Assembly (NCBI GenBank): GCA_051746405.1 | Contig: JBNJFB010000009.1 | Span: 1-58,332 of the forward strand | Length of the DNA: 58,332 nucleotides | Direction: 5' to 3' | Source of the DNA: Campylobacterota bacterium | GTDB lineage: Bacteria; Campylobacterota; Campylobacteria; Campylobacterales; Arcobacteraceae | Part shown: in pieces, positions 11,049 through 24,966 of the stretch | Layout: each line of letters starts with the position of its first letter | Numbering within the stretch: position 1 is the first letter of the stretch | Position numbers and translations under genes: made by a program | Notes under the pieces: generated by a model | Told to the model about the DNA's origin: nothing | What the model saw: the letters and a program-made list of their open reading frames with translations, nothing else | The model's database searches: none

Positions 11049-12230
11049 ATGAAAAAATATGATTATGTAATTGTTGGTGCTGGAATTGCAGGTTGTAGTA
11101 CTGCATACTTTTTATCAAAATATTCTAATTCTATTTTGTTAATTGATAAAAACAGTGATGTGGCATATGGTGCAAGTGGTGCAGCTGGTGCTTTTTTATC
11201 TCCACTTTTAGGTAAGCCAAATGGTTTAAAAGATATAGTAAATGAAGCTTTAAAGTTCTCAACAATATTTTATAAAGAAAATTTTCCAGATGAAATTATA
11301 AATTGTGGAACATGTAGAATACCTAAAACAAAAGAGGATAAAGAAAAATTTGAATCATATGAAGATTTTATGGAGTTTACTTATGAAAAGTTTCAGCAAG
11401 GGTACTTCTTCCCAATTGGTTCGGTTGTAAACTCATATAATATTTGTAAAACTCTTAGTTTAGAAGTAAAAAAGTTACTTAACTATGAAGTTAAGAAACT
11501 ATTTCAACAAAATAGTAATTGGATACTAAATGATGAAATAGAAACCCAAAACTTGATTTTAACAACAGGTGCAAATATAGATTTGATTTGTGAAGATTAC
11601 TTTAATATAAGAGCAGTTTGGGGAGAAAAAATAGATATATCATCTTCAACTAATATAGATATAAACTATCATAAGGCATGCTCTATCTCTAAATCAAAGA
11701 GTATTAAAAATCAAGAAAAAAATTTCATCTCACTTGGTGCAACTCATCATAGATTTAAAGAGAATATGAGTAATACAAGTTTTGATTTAAATAAAAAAGA
11801 TATTAATAAAATAGAACATAATCAAAAAAGTTTAGATATCATAAATAGTGATATTGATGAGTTACTAACACTTGCTTGTGAAATTAAAACTTTAAAAGAT
11901 GTAGAGGTTTTAGATATTAAAATAGGAGCAAGGGCTTCTAGTGTAGATTATTATCCAATAATAGGAAAACTTGTAAACTCTAAAAAAAGTATAGAAAAAC
12001 ATCCACATATAGTAAATGGAAGCTTTATTAAAGAAGATTCTTTAGTTTACTATGAAAACTTGTTTGTTTTAAATGCAGTTGGGGGTAGGGGATATGTTTT
12101 ATCACCTTTTTTAGCCAATAGCTTAGTTGAGTTTATAATAAACAATAAGCCTTTAAATAAAGATATAATGACATATAGACTATTTAAAAGATGGGCAAGA
12201 AGATTAAAGAGTAGAGGATATAAAAAATGA
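11049..12230 (+). CDS. FAD-dependent oxidoreductase, MnmC C-terminal (DAO-like) domain as a standalone protein
   Basis: IVGAGIAG Rossmann motif, GASGAAGAFLSP, GARASSVDYYPIIG, GGRG; start set at ATG 11049. Confidence 0.8.
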   Translation: MKKYDYVIVGAGIAGCSTAYFLSKYSNSILLIDKNSDVAYGASGAAGAFLSPLLGKPNGLKDIVNEALKFSTIFYKENFPDEIINCGTCRIPKTKEDKEKFESYEDFMEFTYEKFQQGYFFPIGSVVNSYNICKTLSLEVKKLLNYEVKKLFQQNSNWILNDEIETQNLILTTGANIDLICEDYFNIRAVWGEKIDISSSTNIDINYHKACSISKSKSIKNQEKNFISLGATHHRFKENMSNTSFDLNKKDINKIEHNQKSLDIINSDIDELLTLACEIKTLKDVEVLDIKIGARASSVDYYPIIGKLVNSKKSIEKHPHIVNGSFIKEDSLVYYENLFVLNAVGGRGYVLSPFLANSLVEFIINNKPLNKDIMTYRLFKRWARRLKSRGYKK

Positions 12231-12817
12231 ATATAAAAAATACATTAAAACTTGTTTTTTTAGCAGTAGTAGGGTTTGCAATATTAGTTTACTTTACAGC
12301 TCCTAATAAGCCAAAACCACAAGATACAAAAACAAATAGTGATTTAACTTATACTACAATTCCAAACTATGTTCAGATTACTGGGGTTGATAATTATGTT
12401 AAAAAGAGTGATTATATAAATAAAGATAAACCTAGTTATATAATAGTATTAAATCATGATGCATTAGCGGTATTTAATAAGCTAGAGGAGTATACAAGTA
12501 AAAACATACTATTTGTAGCAAATATCTCTAGTACCCCTTGGCTTATAAAAAAACTAGCAGTTGATGGTGAGTTAGAAAAACTGTACTTAGATTCTAAATA
12601 TAAGATTATAAATGATTCAAGTGGAGATTTTGTAAAGTCATTGAAACTAAATGATACTAGACAAAACTCTTATAATATTTATAAATTAACAAAAGAGGGT
12701 AAAATAGTTAAACTCATTTCAGGGACTGTAAAGAAAAATGCTTTACAAGAGGGAATTGAAAAAGAAGAGAAAGAAGCAGTTTTATTAGATGTAGTTGGAA
12801 AGTTAAATAGACTTTAA
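12227..12817 (+). CDS. Membrane-anchored hypothetical protein
   Basis: N-terminal hydrophobic helix; ATGA overlap with the upstream gene. Confidence 0.7.
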   Translation: MNIKNTLKLVFLAVVGFAILVYFTAPNKPKPQDTKTNSDLTYTTIPNYVQITGVDNYVKKSDYINKDKPSYIIVLNHDALAVFNKLEEYTSKNILFVANISSTPWLIKKLAVDGELEKLYLDSKYKIINDSSGDFVKSLKLNDTRQNSYNIYKLTKEGKIVKLISGTVKKNALQEGIEKEEKEAVLLDVVGKLNRL

Positions 12818-13738
12818 CACGTCTATTAACTCTTCAACACTCTTTATGGATTTTTTAAAATCCTCTTTTTGTGATTTATTTAAATCCAGTTGGATAACCT
12901 TCTCTACTCCATCTTTACCAAGCATTACAGGAACACCTGAGACAATATCTTTGTAGCCATACTCACCCTCAAGTTTTACAGCACATGGGTAAACCTCTTT
13001 TTTGTCTTCTAGTATAGCTTCTACCATTTTTGATGTTGCATAAGCAGGTGCATAGTATGCTGAACCTGTTTCAAGTAGTTTTACTATTTGAGCACCACCA
13101 TTTTTTGTTTTATTTACAATATCTTCAATATCTTCTTTTTTAAGTACTTCACTTAATGGTACTCCTGCAACTGTTGAAAAGTTTGGAAGTGGAACCATAT
13201 CATCACCATGTCCACCCATTACAGAAGACTCAATTTGTCCTGCTCCATAGCCAAGTTTTTCTAAAATAAAGTGAGACATTCTAGCACTATCTAAAATCCC
13301 AGCCATACCAATTATTCTATTTCTTGGATATTTTGAAGCTTCTAATGCTGTATATACCATCGCATCTAAGGGATTAGATACTACAATTATTATAGCATTT
13401 GGATTAAATTTTATAGTGTCTTGAACAACATTACTCATTATTTTTGCATTTGTAATTAGTAAATCATCTCTACTCATTCCAGGCTTCCTTGCTACACCTG
13501 CTGTTATTACTACAACATCACAATCACAAAAATCTTCTTTATTTAAGCATGCATTTATAAAAGTTTTTGAGTTTGCTGCATTTGCACTTTGTGATATATC
13601 AAGTGCCATAGCTTGAACTATATTTTCTCTAATATCTTTAAGTAAGATTGATGAACATATATTTTTAGAAGCAAGGGTATAAGCTAATGTTGAACCAACG
13701 TTTCCTACACCAATAATTCCTACTGTTTTATTATTCAA
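12803..13738 (-). CDS. mdh: Malate dehydrogenase (LDH-like)
   Basis: GVGNVG, TAGVARKPGMSRDDL, LDSAR, GGHGD; probable TTG start at 13738. Confidence 0.95.
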   Translation of the reverse strand: MNNKTVGIIGVGNVGSTLAYTLASKNICSSILLKDIRENIVQAMALDISQSANAANSKTFINACLNKEDFCDCDVVVITAGVARKPGMSRDDLLITNAKIMSNVVQDTIKFNPNAIIIVVSNPLDAMVYTALEASKYPRNRIIGMAGILDSARMSHFILEKLGYGAGQIESSVMGGHGDDMVPLPNFSTVAGVPLSEVLKKEDIEDIVNKTKNGGAQIVKLLETGSAYYAPAYATSKMVEAILEDKKEVYPCAVKLEGEYGYKDIVSGVPVMLGKDGVEKVIQLDLNKSQKEDFKKSIKSVEELIDVLKSI

Positions 13739-13766
13739 AATGTGCAACCTTATATTCAAGTAGTGT

Positions 13767-13795
13767 GATTATATGAAGAAAAACTTCATATAATC
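13767..13795. terminator. Perfect 12-bp hairpin between icd and mdh (terminator or mRNA stabiliser)
   Basis: GATTATATGAAG-aaaaa-CTTCATATAATC. Confidence 0.55.
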
Positions 13796-13803
13796 TAAAT
13801 AAA

Positions 13804-16017
<2,214 letters not shown>

Positions 16018-16124
16018 TTAGATTTTTTTGATGCCATATATTATCACTTTTGTAATTTATGTAAATTGAAACTTCTAACTTATTACACTGTATAAAACTT
16101 ATTGTTTCAATTTTTCACATTTGT

Positions 16125-17246
16125 TTAATCAATATTCTTCCATAAATCCTTTATTGAAGATGGTTTTTGTTTGCTTACATCAGTGTTCATAATCGCTTTT
16201 GCTTCCTTATCAATTGTAGTTTCATTATCTTTTTTCTTAGTGTAACTTTTCTTAACACCTCTATTTGCTCTTATGTTTGATTTATGTTCAGTATAGCTAC
16301 TTGAAAACTTATGAAGACCTGTTTTATTATCTCTTACAAAGTATAAGTAATCACTTTTTACTGGAAAAATTGCAGCTTTTATTGCATTTAGACCCACAGC
16401 ACAAACAGGGTGTTTTGGAAGACCTCTGTTTTTATAAGTATTATAAGAGGAGTCATCTTCTCTTATTTTCCTAGCTGTAATTCTAGTATTTGAGTATTTT
16501 CCATAGTTCAAAGTTCCATCCATTTGTAATCTCATACCTTTTTTTAATCTATTGTGAATTACACTTGATACAATAGGCATTTCATCAACAGTTGCTGATT
16601 CTTTTTGAATAACTGATGCTAAGCTTAGATAATGAAACCAATTTTTTTTATTGTAGATACCAAATATTTTTTTTGAAAAAGCTTCATACTTTTGATTTGT
16701 TTGATTTAGTAAGTATAAAATCATATGAACTTCTTTCATTCCATAGGGTAAGGAGTAAGTATCAGCTAGGATATTGCCATCTTTTTTAAATGCGTATTTT
16801 TCATAGGTTTGTTCTAACTTTTCTTGAGACAAGTTGAATTTTTTAGCTAATTTTTTTAAAAAGAAGTATGATGTTTCACCTGGAATTAATGTTACATTTT
16901 TTAAAGCAGCTTTTGAAGTTGTAAGCCTATATAAAAAATCCATTTTTGTTAGGTTATTTGCATCTATATCAATCCAACCACTTTGGATATATCCCATGCT
17001 TCTTAGTGCTATTTTATCTATAATATTAAGCTCAAATCCACTATTATTTAGATAAGATATTATGTAGTTAGTACTGCCTTTAGGTATATATAAAACTTTT
17101 GTTGTACTAATAGGTTTAGTTAAATAAAATAATACAATAATTGAAATAATAAGGAACATCTCAATAATGTTAAAAGCCACTAAAATTTTTCTTGCATTTT
17201 TTGTTTTAGTTTTAGTTTTGATATTTTCATTGTTGTTTACTGGCAT
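16125..17246 (-). CDS. mltG: Endolytic murein transglycosylase MltG
   Basis: N-terminal TM helix; ASVIQKE catalytic Glu; NRLKKGMRLQMDG; YNTYKNRGLP; YLYFV. Confidence 0.93.
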   Translation of the reverse strand: MPVNNNENIKTKTKTKNARKILVAFNIIEMFLIISIIVLFYLTKPISTTKVLYIPKGSTNYIISYLNNSGFELNIIDKIALRSMGYIQSGWIDIDANNLTKMDFLYRLTTSKAALKNVTLIPGETSYFFLKKLAKKFNLSQEKLEQTYEKYAFKKDGNILADTYSLPYGMKEVHMILYLLNQTNQKYEAFSKKIFGIYNKKNWFHYLSLASVIQKESATVDEMPIVSSVIHNRLKKGMRLQMDGTLNYGKYSNTRITARKIREDDSSYNTYKNRGLPKHPVCAVGLNAIKAAIFPVKSDYLYFVRDNKTGLHKFSSSYTEHKSNIRANRGVKKSYTKKKDNETTIDKEAKAIMNTDVSKQKPSSIKDLWKNID

Positions 17247-20094
17247 TAAAATAGACTCTTTTTCTTTGGGTAATATAAATATCTCGCAATTCTATATAAA
17301 ATTAAATAAAAAGCTTATTGTAGAGATTGAAAAAGTTGATTATAAATCACAAAAAGATATAGCAGCAAAGAACTCTTTTGATAGTTTAAAAAGAAGTTTA
17401 GAGCTCTTTCCTAATGTTATTAAATACTTTAAGACAATAGATATTGAAACTTTAAATTTAAATGATAATAAGTTTAGTTTATTTTATGATAATAACTCTT
17501 TATACTTAGACAATAAATATATAAATATATCCTCAAAGCTTCGGTTTTTAGGAAGTAATGTAAATCTTGATATCTACTCTTTGTATTTAAAAGATATGAA
17601 ACTATTATTTAATGGAAAAGTTAAAGTTGATTATAATAAAGAGTATTTAAACTATCATGGTAAATATTTTTATGAGGATTTACAAGGTGATGTTATTGTT
17701 GATATGAATAAAAAATTAGCAAAATTTTATCTTGATTCTAATAAATTTAAAAGTTTGAAATTTATAAAAAAATTTATAAACTTGCCATTTCATGCAGAGT
17801 CATGGATGTATGATAATGTAAAAGGTGATATTAAACTTGATTTTTTATATGCAGAGTATGATATTCAAAAGAAAGAATTAATTGAAAAGTCACTAAATGG
17901 AAAAGCTCAAGTGACAGATGCAAGGGTTAAATTTCATAAAAGTTTAAAGCCAATTGTTACAAAAAGAGTTGATATTGATTTTGATAAGGGTGATTTATCG
18001 TTTGATTTAAAGCAGCCAAAGTATGAACAGATTGATATTCAAGGAAGTAAAGTAGTTATTGAAAACTTAATAAGTAGGGAAGAAGGGGTTGTAAAAGTAA
18101 ATATTAAATCTAAAAAAATCAGATTAAATGATGATGTGTTAGATATTTTAAAAGCTTATAAAATAGATATACCTGTAAATCAAATTTCAGGTTATACAAA
18201 AGCAAACTTAGAGCTTGAAATACCCTATATGCTTTCAAAAAAAGAGATTAAAACAAACGGTTATTTTGAAGTTTTTGACTCAAATATCAAAGTAGGGGAG
18301 TTTGAGTTTTATACAAAAGATGCGAAGGTTATTTTAGATGCTGCAATGATAAAGCTAAGAGGTGCAGATTTTAAATATAACAATATGCTTCAATCAAATG
18401 TTAATATGGATTTAAATACAAAAACACTAAAAGCAACAGGTATAATTGATATAAAAAAACTTCTATTAGTTTCAAATAAAGAAGAGATTTTAAATATAAA
18501 AAATAGTTTTACTGATTTTGATATTAATTTTAGTAATCCCATTAAAATTGATTTAATAAACTTTGATACAACTATTTCTATTGATGAAAATATAAATATA
18601 GATATTAATAATATAAAAAAACTATATGCAAGTTCACAACTTCTAAAAGATAATAGTATTAAAGATGGTAATTTATCTATAAAGTATCAAAATGAAAACA
18701 GTATAAGTTTTCAAGGCTTAGTAGGAGGTTTAGATTATCCTTTATACAAAAATGAAAAACTAGTAACTAAGTTTGATATTACAGGTGATATAAAAGAGAA
18801 TGAAGTTATTATAAGAAACCAAGATAATGATTTAAAAGTAGTTTCAAAAAGAGATAGTACAACTATTTATTTAGAAGATTATTTTGTGGATTTAACAAAA
18901 CTTAAAACTAATGAGTCTTTAAATATTGATTCTGTTTTAAATGTTCAAGCAAAAGATTTGAAACTAAAAGTAGATGAAAACTCTTCTTATGATTTAAGCC
19001 ATTTAACAGCAAAGATATTAAATAAAGATAATATAACATTTAATACAAATGTAAAAAATTTAGAGTTACCTTTACTAAAAGATGATAAAAAAGTAGATAC
19101 CTTAAGTTTAAGTGGAAGTATAAAAGGTGATTTAGTAACACTAAAAACAGATGATAATGCTCTTTTTGTAGAGATTTTAGATAATAAAGCTTTAAAGCTA
19201 ATAGTAAATGGATATGATTTAAAGTATAACTTAAGCCAAAAAGAGAATAGTAAAATAGACTTTGAAGAAGTTGATTTAAAAGCTAGTAACTCTACTTTAA
19301 TATTAAATGATAAGTTTAGATTTTTAGGTGATAACTATGAGGTTCAAAGCTCAAAAGATAGTATATTTTTTCATTTAGAACATAATAAAACTGATATAAC
19401 ATATAAAGAAGAAGATAAAGAAATAGATATTTATGCAAATAATATCGACGATGAGTTTATAAATGAGCTATTTGGAAAAAAGGTATTTAGCGGTGGTAAG
19501 TTAATGCTTGTGGCAAATCAAGATACACAAAATAATCTTAAAGGTAAGATTATTTTAAGTAATACTAAAATTGAAGATTTAGCAATTATAAATAATTTGC
19601 TTATTTTTATACATACCTCTCCTGGTTTACTAAATCCACTATTAGCTGTACCCTCAGTAGTTGGTATGGCATCAAAGGATGGATTTAATTTAAATGGATA
19701 TAGAATTATTGATGGGGTTATAGAGTTTAATTATGATAGAAAAAAAGATATTATTAACGCTCATAAAATTGTAACAGTTGGTAATGGTATAGATTTTGAT
19801 GGAAGTGCTGTTATTGACTTAGATAATAATACAATAAACTCTGATATGAGACTAATATTTTTTAAGGATTATTCAAATATTGTATCTTCAGTTCCTGTAT
19901 TAAATTATGTATTATTAGGTGAGAGTAAAAGAGTATCAACAAAAGTTAATATTTTTGGAGATATTAATAATCCAAAAATAAAAACGAATCTTACTAAAGA
20001 TGCTTTTAGTGTACCTTTAAATATAGGTAAACGAATACTTGAATCACCTGGAAAGTTTTTGGATTTATTTAGAAAAGACAACAAAGAGAAATAA
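17167..20094 (+). CDS. AsmA-like (YhdP/DUF3971-type) bridge-like lipid transport protein
   Basis: N-terminal TM helix, about 975 aa beta-rich, C-terminal VPVLNYVLLG...IFGDINNPKI typical of AsmA-like C-termini. Confidence 0.78.
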   Translation: MLKATKIFLAFFVLVLVLIFSLLFTGIKIDSFSLGNINISQFYIKLNKKLIVEIEKVDYKSQKDIAAKNSFDSLKRSLELFPNVIKYFKTIDIETLNLNDNKFSLFYDNNSLYLDNKYINISSKLRFLGSNVNLDIYSLYLKDMKLLFNGKVKVDYNKEYLNYHGKYFYEDLQGDVIVDMNKKLAKFYLDSNKFKSLKFIKKFINLPFHAESWMYDNVKGDIKLDFLYAEYDIQKKELIEKSLNGKAQVTDARVKFHKSLKPIVTKRVDIDFDKGDLSFDLKQPKYEQIDIQGSKVVIENLISREEGVVKVNIKSKKIRLNDDVLDILKAYKIDIPVNQISGYTKANLELEIPYMLSKKEIKTNGYFEVFDSNIKVGEFEFYTKDAKVILDAAMIKLRGADFKYNNMLQSNVNMDLNTKTLKATGIIDIKKLLLVSNKEEILNIKNSFTDFDINFSNPIKIDLINFDTTISIDENINIDINNIKKLYASSQLLKDNSIKDGNLSIKYQNENSISFQGLVGGLDYPLYKNEKLVTKFDITGDIKENEVIIRNQDNDLKVVSKRDSTTIYLEDYFVDLTKLKTNESLNIDSVLNVQAKDLKLKVDENSSYDLSHLTAKILNKDNITFNTNVKNLELPLLKDDKKVDTLSLSGSIKGDLVTLKTDDNALFVEILDNKALKLIVNGYDLKYNLSQKENSKIDFEEVDLKASNSTLILNDKFRFLGDNYEVQSSKDSIFFHLEHNKTDITYKEEDKEIDIYANNIDDEFINELFGKKVFSGGKLMLVANQDTQNNLKGKIILSNTKIEDLAIINNLLIFIHTSPGLLNPLLAVPSVVGMASKDGFNLNGYRIIDGVIEFNYDRKKDIINAHKIVTVGNGIDFDGSAVIDLDNNTINSDMRLIFFKDYSNIVSSVPVLNYVLLGESKRVSTKVNIFGDINNPKIKTNLTKDAFSVPLNIGKRILESPGKFLDLFRKDNKEK

Positions 20095-20112
20095 GTGGAT
20101 TTAAACTAAATC

Positions 20113-21318
20113 CTACTCATTTCTTAAAACATCAATAACATCTATTTTTGTAGCTCTTGATGCTGGATAATAAGATGAAATAACTACAATAACAGCAGCA
20201 CCAACTAAAATAGATACAAAATCCATAGTTGCTAAATCTATTGGAAGTTTAGCAGTACCATATACATCAGCAGGTAGTGATACTATATCAAAAGTATCTA
20301 AAGCCCAAAGACCAATAAAACCTAAGGCAACTCCTAATACTATTCCTGAAAATCCTATAATTGTACCAAGTCTTAAGAAAATAGATTTTATCTCTTTTGC
20401 AGAAGTACCCATGGATAAAAGCAAAGCAATCTCTTTTCTTCTACTCATAACTGTCATAAGCAGTGATGAAATTATATTTAGTGAGGCAACTAAAATAATA
20501 AGCATTAATACAATAAAAAGTGCTGTTTTTTCCATTTGCATAGCTGCAAAAAAGTTTCCATTTTGTTGCCACCAACCAATAGCACCTGCACCTGTTCCTT
20601 GAAGAGTCTTTTTGATTTTTTCTATATCTTTAAAAGCATTGTCAGAGTAAACATGAATCCCATCAAAGCTTCTACTATCTTTTTTCAAAATAGTTCTTAA
20701 TGCATCAATTGATGTATACATATAAGCTTTGTCATAAGCATTAAGTCCTGATTTAAAAGAGTTTTTATAAGTGAATCTTTTCATCTTAGGAATCATTGAA
20801 AAGCCTGTAGGGTTCATATCTGTAAAGTAGAGTGTAGCTTTAGACCCTTCATTTAAATAAAGCTCTTTTGTAATACCATCACCTGTGATAATATCATATT
20901 TATTTAGCTTTAAATTACCTAGTGCTTTTTCATATATTGAGTTTATTTTTGCTTCTTTTTGTGGTATCACTCCAAAAATCACTCCTCCACTCATTGCATC
21001 ACCACTTTGTATAATTGCTTGAGAAGTTATATATGGTGAAAATAGAAGATTTGGATACTCTTTTTGTAGTTTTTTTAAAAGAGGTTTATCAACACTATTT
21101 GAGAAGTTAGAGTAGATGGTAATAGGGTAGTTCATAGTAAAAAGTTTTCTTTCAAACTCTTTTGCTGTTCCATTCATAATAGCCATAGATAAAATAAGAA
21201 CCATAACCCCAATAGCAACTCCAATAAATGCTAAAATAGCACTTATTGAGATAAAAGGATTTTTCTTATCAAACCTAAGATATTTTTTTACAATAAAATT
21301 TATAAGTTCAATATTCAA
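20113..21318 (-). CDS. Lipoprotein-releasing ABC transporter permease (LolC/E-type, probably LolF)
   Basis: AIGVMVLILSMAIMNG, EKTALFIVLMLIILVASLNI, KEIALLLSMG, YPASRA. Confidence 0.9.
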   Translation of the reverse strand: MNIELINFIVKKYLRFDKKNPFISISAILAFIGVAIGVMVLILSMAIMNGTAKEFERKLFTMNYPITIYSNFSNSVDKPLLKKLQKEYPNLLFSPYITSQAIIQSGDAMSGGVIFGVIPQKEAKINSIYEKALGNLKLNKYDIITGDGITKELYLNEGSKATLYFTDMNPTGFSMIPKMKRFTYKNSFKSGLNAYDKAYMYTSIDALRTILKKDSRSFDGIHVYSDNAFKDIEKIKKTLQGTGAGAIGWWQQNGNFFAAMQMEKTALFIVLMLIILVASLNIISSLLMTVMSRRKEIALLLSMGTSAKEIKSIFLRLGTIIGFSGIVLGVALGFIGLWALDTFDIVSLPADVYGTAKLPIDLATMDFVSILVGAAVIVVISSYYPASRATKIDVIDVLRNE

Positions 21319-21319
21319 A

Positions 21320-23938
21320 TTAATTACTCGCTGCTAGGCCTCTTTTTGGTCCACTCTTCCCATGACAATGTTTATACTTTTTACCAGAACCACAAGGACA
21401 AGTGTCATTTCTAGCTATCTTCTTTTCAGATGCTAAAATCTTACTCTCTTCATGACTTGTAATTGCACCTGCATTAGCCTCTTCCATTTGCTCTTTCATC
21501 TTATCTAAGGCCTCTTGTTCTTTTTGTGCATCATCTTTACTTTGAAGTTGCACTGTAAATAGAACTTTTATAATCTCATTTTTAATACTAGAGATTAACT
21601 CCATAAACATATTATAAGACTCTTTTTTATACTCAACTAATGGATCTTTTTGGTTGTAACCCCTAAGACCTATACCTGTTTTTAAAGTATCCATTGAGTA
21701 TAAATGTTCTCTCCATGCATTATCTAATATTTGTAAATAAAGAATTCTCTCTATTTCACTTTTTTGTTCAGGTGCTGCTACTGACATCTTTTGTTCATAA
21801 ACATCTTTTAATATTTTTACTATTTTGTTTAGAAGGTCATCATAAGATTCAGCTTGTATATCTTCTTGTTCTACAACTAAGTGTAGCTCCTCTTTTAATC
21901 TTGAAACTATAAACCCATAGTTATAATCCTCAGGAGGCATACCATCTATAATTTCAGCTTGAGTAAGTAAATCTTCCACATATTCAACTCTATTTTCATC
22001 TAGTTTTGAAGTTATATCAAAATCAGGTTTTAATAGATTATTTCTAAAGCTATATATAACTTTTCTTTGTTGATTTGCCACATCATCATATTCAAGTAGA
22101 TGCTTTCTACTTTCAAAGTGCATTGTTTCAACTTTTTTCTGGGCATTTTCAACAGCTCTTGTTACCATTTTTGATTCAATATGCTCACCTTCTTCTATAC
22201 CAACTCTTTGCATAATATTAGAGATTCTTTCTGAACCAAAGATTCTAAGAAGACTATCTTCTAAAGATAAGAAAAACTGTGATTCACCCACGTCACCTTG
22301 ACGTCCAGCTCTACCTCTTAATTGATTATCAATTCTTCTTGATTCGTGTCGTTCTGTACCTAATATAACTAAACCACCAAGCTCTAAAACATCTTTTGTA
22401 AGTTTAATATCAACACCACGTCCTGCCATATTTGTAGCAATAGTTACAGCACCTTTTTGTCCAGCATCTGCAATAATTTTACCCTCTTTTTCATGTTGTT
22501 TTGCATTTAATATGGTATGCGGAATTTTCTTGTCTTTTAAAATTTTATGTAACAGTTCTGATTTCTCAATTGAAGCTGTACCTATTAATACAGGCTGTCC
22601 TTTTTTGTTTAACTCATCAATTTTATTACAAACAGCTTCAAACTTCTCTTTTTCAGTTCTATAAATCAAATCATTTTTATCTATTCTTTGAATTGGAACA
22701 TTTGTTGGTATTGATACAACATGAAGTTTATAAATCTCTGCAAACTCTGTTGCTTCAGTTTGGGCAGTTCCTGTCATACCTGCAAGTTTATCATACATTC
22801 TAAAGTAGTTTTGGAAAGTAATATCAGCTAATGTTTGAGACTCTTCATGAATAGCCACATCTTCTTTTGCTTCTAAAGCTTGATGTAATCCTTCACTAAA
22901 TCTTCTACCTTCACTTAATCTACCTGTAAACTCATCTACGATTATAACTTCATTGTCTTTTACTACATAATCAACATCTTTTTCAAAAATATAGTTTGCT
23001 TTTAAAGCTTGGTCAAGGGTGTGAGATAAAGTAGCATTTTCTAGTGAATATAGATTTTCAACCTCAAACATCTGTTCTGCTTTTTCAATACCATCTTCTG
23101 TTAACAGTACAGTTCTATTTTTTTCATCAACTGTAAAGTCACCTGTTGAATAAGGTTTCTCATCAGCTTTCTTAGGTTCTATTAATTCACCTTTTTCTAA
23201 GCTCATTGCTATTTGGTTTGCTTTTTTATAGTTAATGTTTTTGCTATTTGTTGGACCACTTATGATTAAAGGAGTTCTAGCTTCATCAATTAAAATAGAG
23301 TCAACTTCATCAACAATAACAAAATTATGCTCCCTTTGAACCTTTTCATTGATATCTAAAGTCATATTGTCTCTTAAATAATCAAAACCAAACTCATTAT
23401 TTGTACCATAAGTAATATCAGCTAAGTACTGCTCTTTTCTAAGTCCATCATCTTTTATATCACCTGTAATAGAACCAACACTATATCCTAAATAGTTATA
23501 TAAAGGTTCTAAATCCTGTGCATCCCTTGAAGCTAAGTAATCATTTACAGTTACAACATGAACTCCCTTTGCTTTCATTGCATTTAATGCAACTGCTAAG
23601 GACCCAACAAGTGTTTTACCTTCACCTGTTTTCATTTCAGCTATATTACCCTCATGTAAAACCATTGCACCAATAAGCTGTACATCAAAAGGTCTCATCT
23701 TTAAAACTCTTTTACTAGCTTCTCTAATAATTGCAAATGCATCGTTTAATACATCATCAAGAGTTTTACTCTCTTCTTGAACCTCTTTTTTTAGTTGGTT
23801 AAACTTCTCTTGTAACTCATCATCACTTAAATTTTCATATTGACTCTCTAGTGCATTTATTGCTAAAGCCCTTTTTTTATATTGCTTTACTTCTCTATCA
23901 TTTCTAGTACCAAAAATTTTTGAAAAAACATTAAACAT
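21320..23938 (-). CDS. secA: Protein translocase ATPase SecA
   Basis: [39 protein letters not shown]-terminal [13 protein letters not shown]. Confidence 0.99.
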   Translation of the reverse strand: MFNVFSKIFGTRNDREVKQYKKRALAINALESQYENLSDDELQEKFNQLKKEVQEESKTLDDVLNDAFAIIREASKRVLKMRPFDVQLIGAMVLHEGNIAEMKTGEGKTLVGSLAVALNAMKAKGVHVVTVNDYLASRDAQDLEPLYNYLGYSVGSITGDIKDDGLRKEQYLADITYGTNNEFGFDYLRDNMTLDINEKVQREHNFVIVDEVDSILIDEARTPLIISGPTNSKNINYKKANQIAMSLEKGELIEPKKADEKPYSTGDFTVDEKNRTVLLTEDGIEKAEQMFEVENLYSLENATLSHTLDQALKANYIFEKDVDYVVKDNEVIIVDEFTGRLSEGRRFSEGLHQALEAKEDVAIHEESQTLADITFQNYFRMYDKLAGMTGTAQTEATEFAEIYKLHVVSIPTNVPIQRIDKNDLIYRTEKEKFEAVCNKIDELNKKGQPVLIGTASIEKSELLHKILKDKKIPHTILNAKQHEKEGKIIADAGQKGAVTIATNMAGRGVDIKLTKDVLELGGLVILGTERHESRRIDNQLRGRAGRQGDVGESQFFLSLEDSLLRIFGSERISNIMQRVGIEEGEHIESKMVTRAVENAQKKVETMHFESRKHLLEYDDVANQQRKVIYSFRNNLLKPDFDITSKLDENRVEYVEDLLTQAEIIDGMPPEDYNYGFIVSRLKEELHLVVEQEDIQAESYDDLLNKIVKILKDVYEQKMSVAAPEQKSEIERILYLQILDNAWREHLYSMDTLKTGIGLRGYNQKDPLVEYKKESYNMFMELISSIKNEIIKVLFTVQLQSKDDAQKEQEALDKMKEQMEEANAGAITSHEESKILASEKKIARNDTCPCGSGKKYKHCHGKSGPKRGLAASN

Positions 23939-23995
23939 AAAATTAATTCCTTTTTGTTATAATCCTATAGATTATATAGAAAAAAAGGTTAAAAA

Positions 23996-24526
23996 ATGTT
24001 TTATAAAATAGTATTGTTTGTAATTAGTCTTACATTAGTCTCATTTGCATCACTTGATATTGAAAATTTAGATAATTTTAAATCAGATTTTACTCAAAAA
24101 ATAGAATCTTCAAACAAAAAAGAGATTTTGTATGAGGGTAAACTTTTTATTAGAAAAGATGGAAAAGTATTATGGCAGTATAAAACACCAATTATAAAAA
24201 ATGTATATATTTCAAATAACTATGTTATTGTAGATGAACCTGATTTAGAGCAAGCTATTTATACAACATTAAAAGATGAAATAAATATAGCAAAGCTTCT
24301 AAAAAAAGCAAAAAAAGTAAAGCAAAATCTATATGTTGCAAACTATCAAGATACAAAATATAAAATAACTACAAATGATAATCAAATCATTAGTAAAATA
24401 GAGTATAAAGATAAGTTAGATAATAGTGTTACAATTAATTTTAAAAATATAAAAACAAACATAGAAATCCAAGATTCAGTATTTAAGTTTGTAGCGCCAG
24501 ATTACTATGATATCATTAGAAAATAG
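23996..24526 (+). CDS. lolA: Outer-membrane lipoprotein carrier LolA
   Basis: Signal peptide, SDFTQ, WQYKTP, EPDLEQA; divergent from secA. Confidence 0.85.
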   Translation: MFYKIVLFVISLTLVSFASLDIENLDNFKSDFTQKIESSNKKEILYEGKLFIRKDGKVLWQYKTPIIKNVYISNNYVIVDEPDLEQAIYTTLKDEINIAKLLKKAKKVKQNLYVANYQDTKYKITTNDNQIISKIEYKDKLDNSVTINFKNIKTNIEIQDSVFKFVAPDYYDIIRK

Positions 24527-24559
24527 AGTTTAAGAATTACTTTGGTAAAATTGCAACAA

Positions 24560-24895
24560 TTAAGGTAAACCTGACAATAGCTTGAATTAAACAATTCAAG
24601 AGGAAAGTCCGAGCTGCCGTGAAGTAGGGTTCCATTTAAAGAATGGCTAGGGTAACCTAAGGGACAGTGCAACAGAAAGTAAACAGCCAATTTTTTTGGT
24701 GATGGTGAAACGGTGAGGTAAGAGCTCACCAGACTTTTGAGTAATCTTAAGTGCTATGTAAACCCAACCCGCAGCAAGAAGACCTGGTAATAAACTTCAC
24801 ATTTATGGTCTTTGCATGACTACTTAAGTAATTTGGTAGCTAGATAAATTATTGTCTATTTAATAAACAAAACTCGGCTTATGGGTTTACCTTAA
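24560..24895 (+). ncRNA. rnpB: RNase P RNA (bacterial type A)
   Basis: GAGGAAAGTCC, AGTGCAACAGAAA, GGTGAAACGG, AAAACTCGGCTTAT; P1 pairs TTAAGGTAAACC with GGTTTACCTTAA; extended -10 TGgTAAAAT just upstream. Confidence 0.97.
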
Positions 24896-24966
24896 TATGA
24901 TATAATAGTTATACATCAGAAATAAAACCTACAAAGTAAATCTTTGATATAGGTATTGGAGTAGAG

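Noticed and set aside
24505..24729. 74-aa minus-strand ORF
   Set aside because: Antisense to RNase P RNA; spurious
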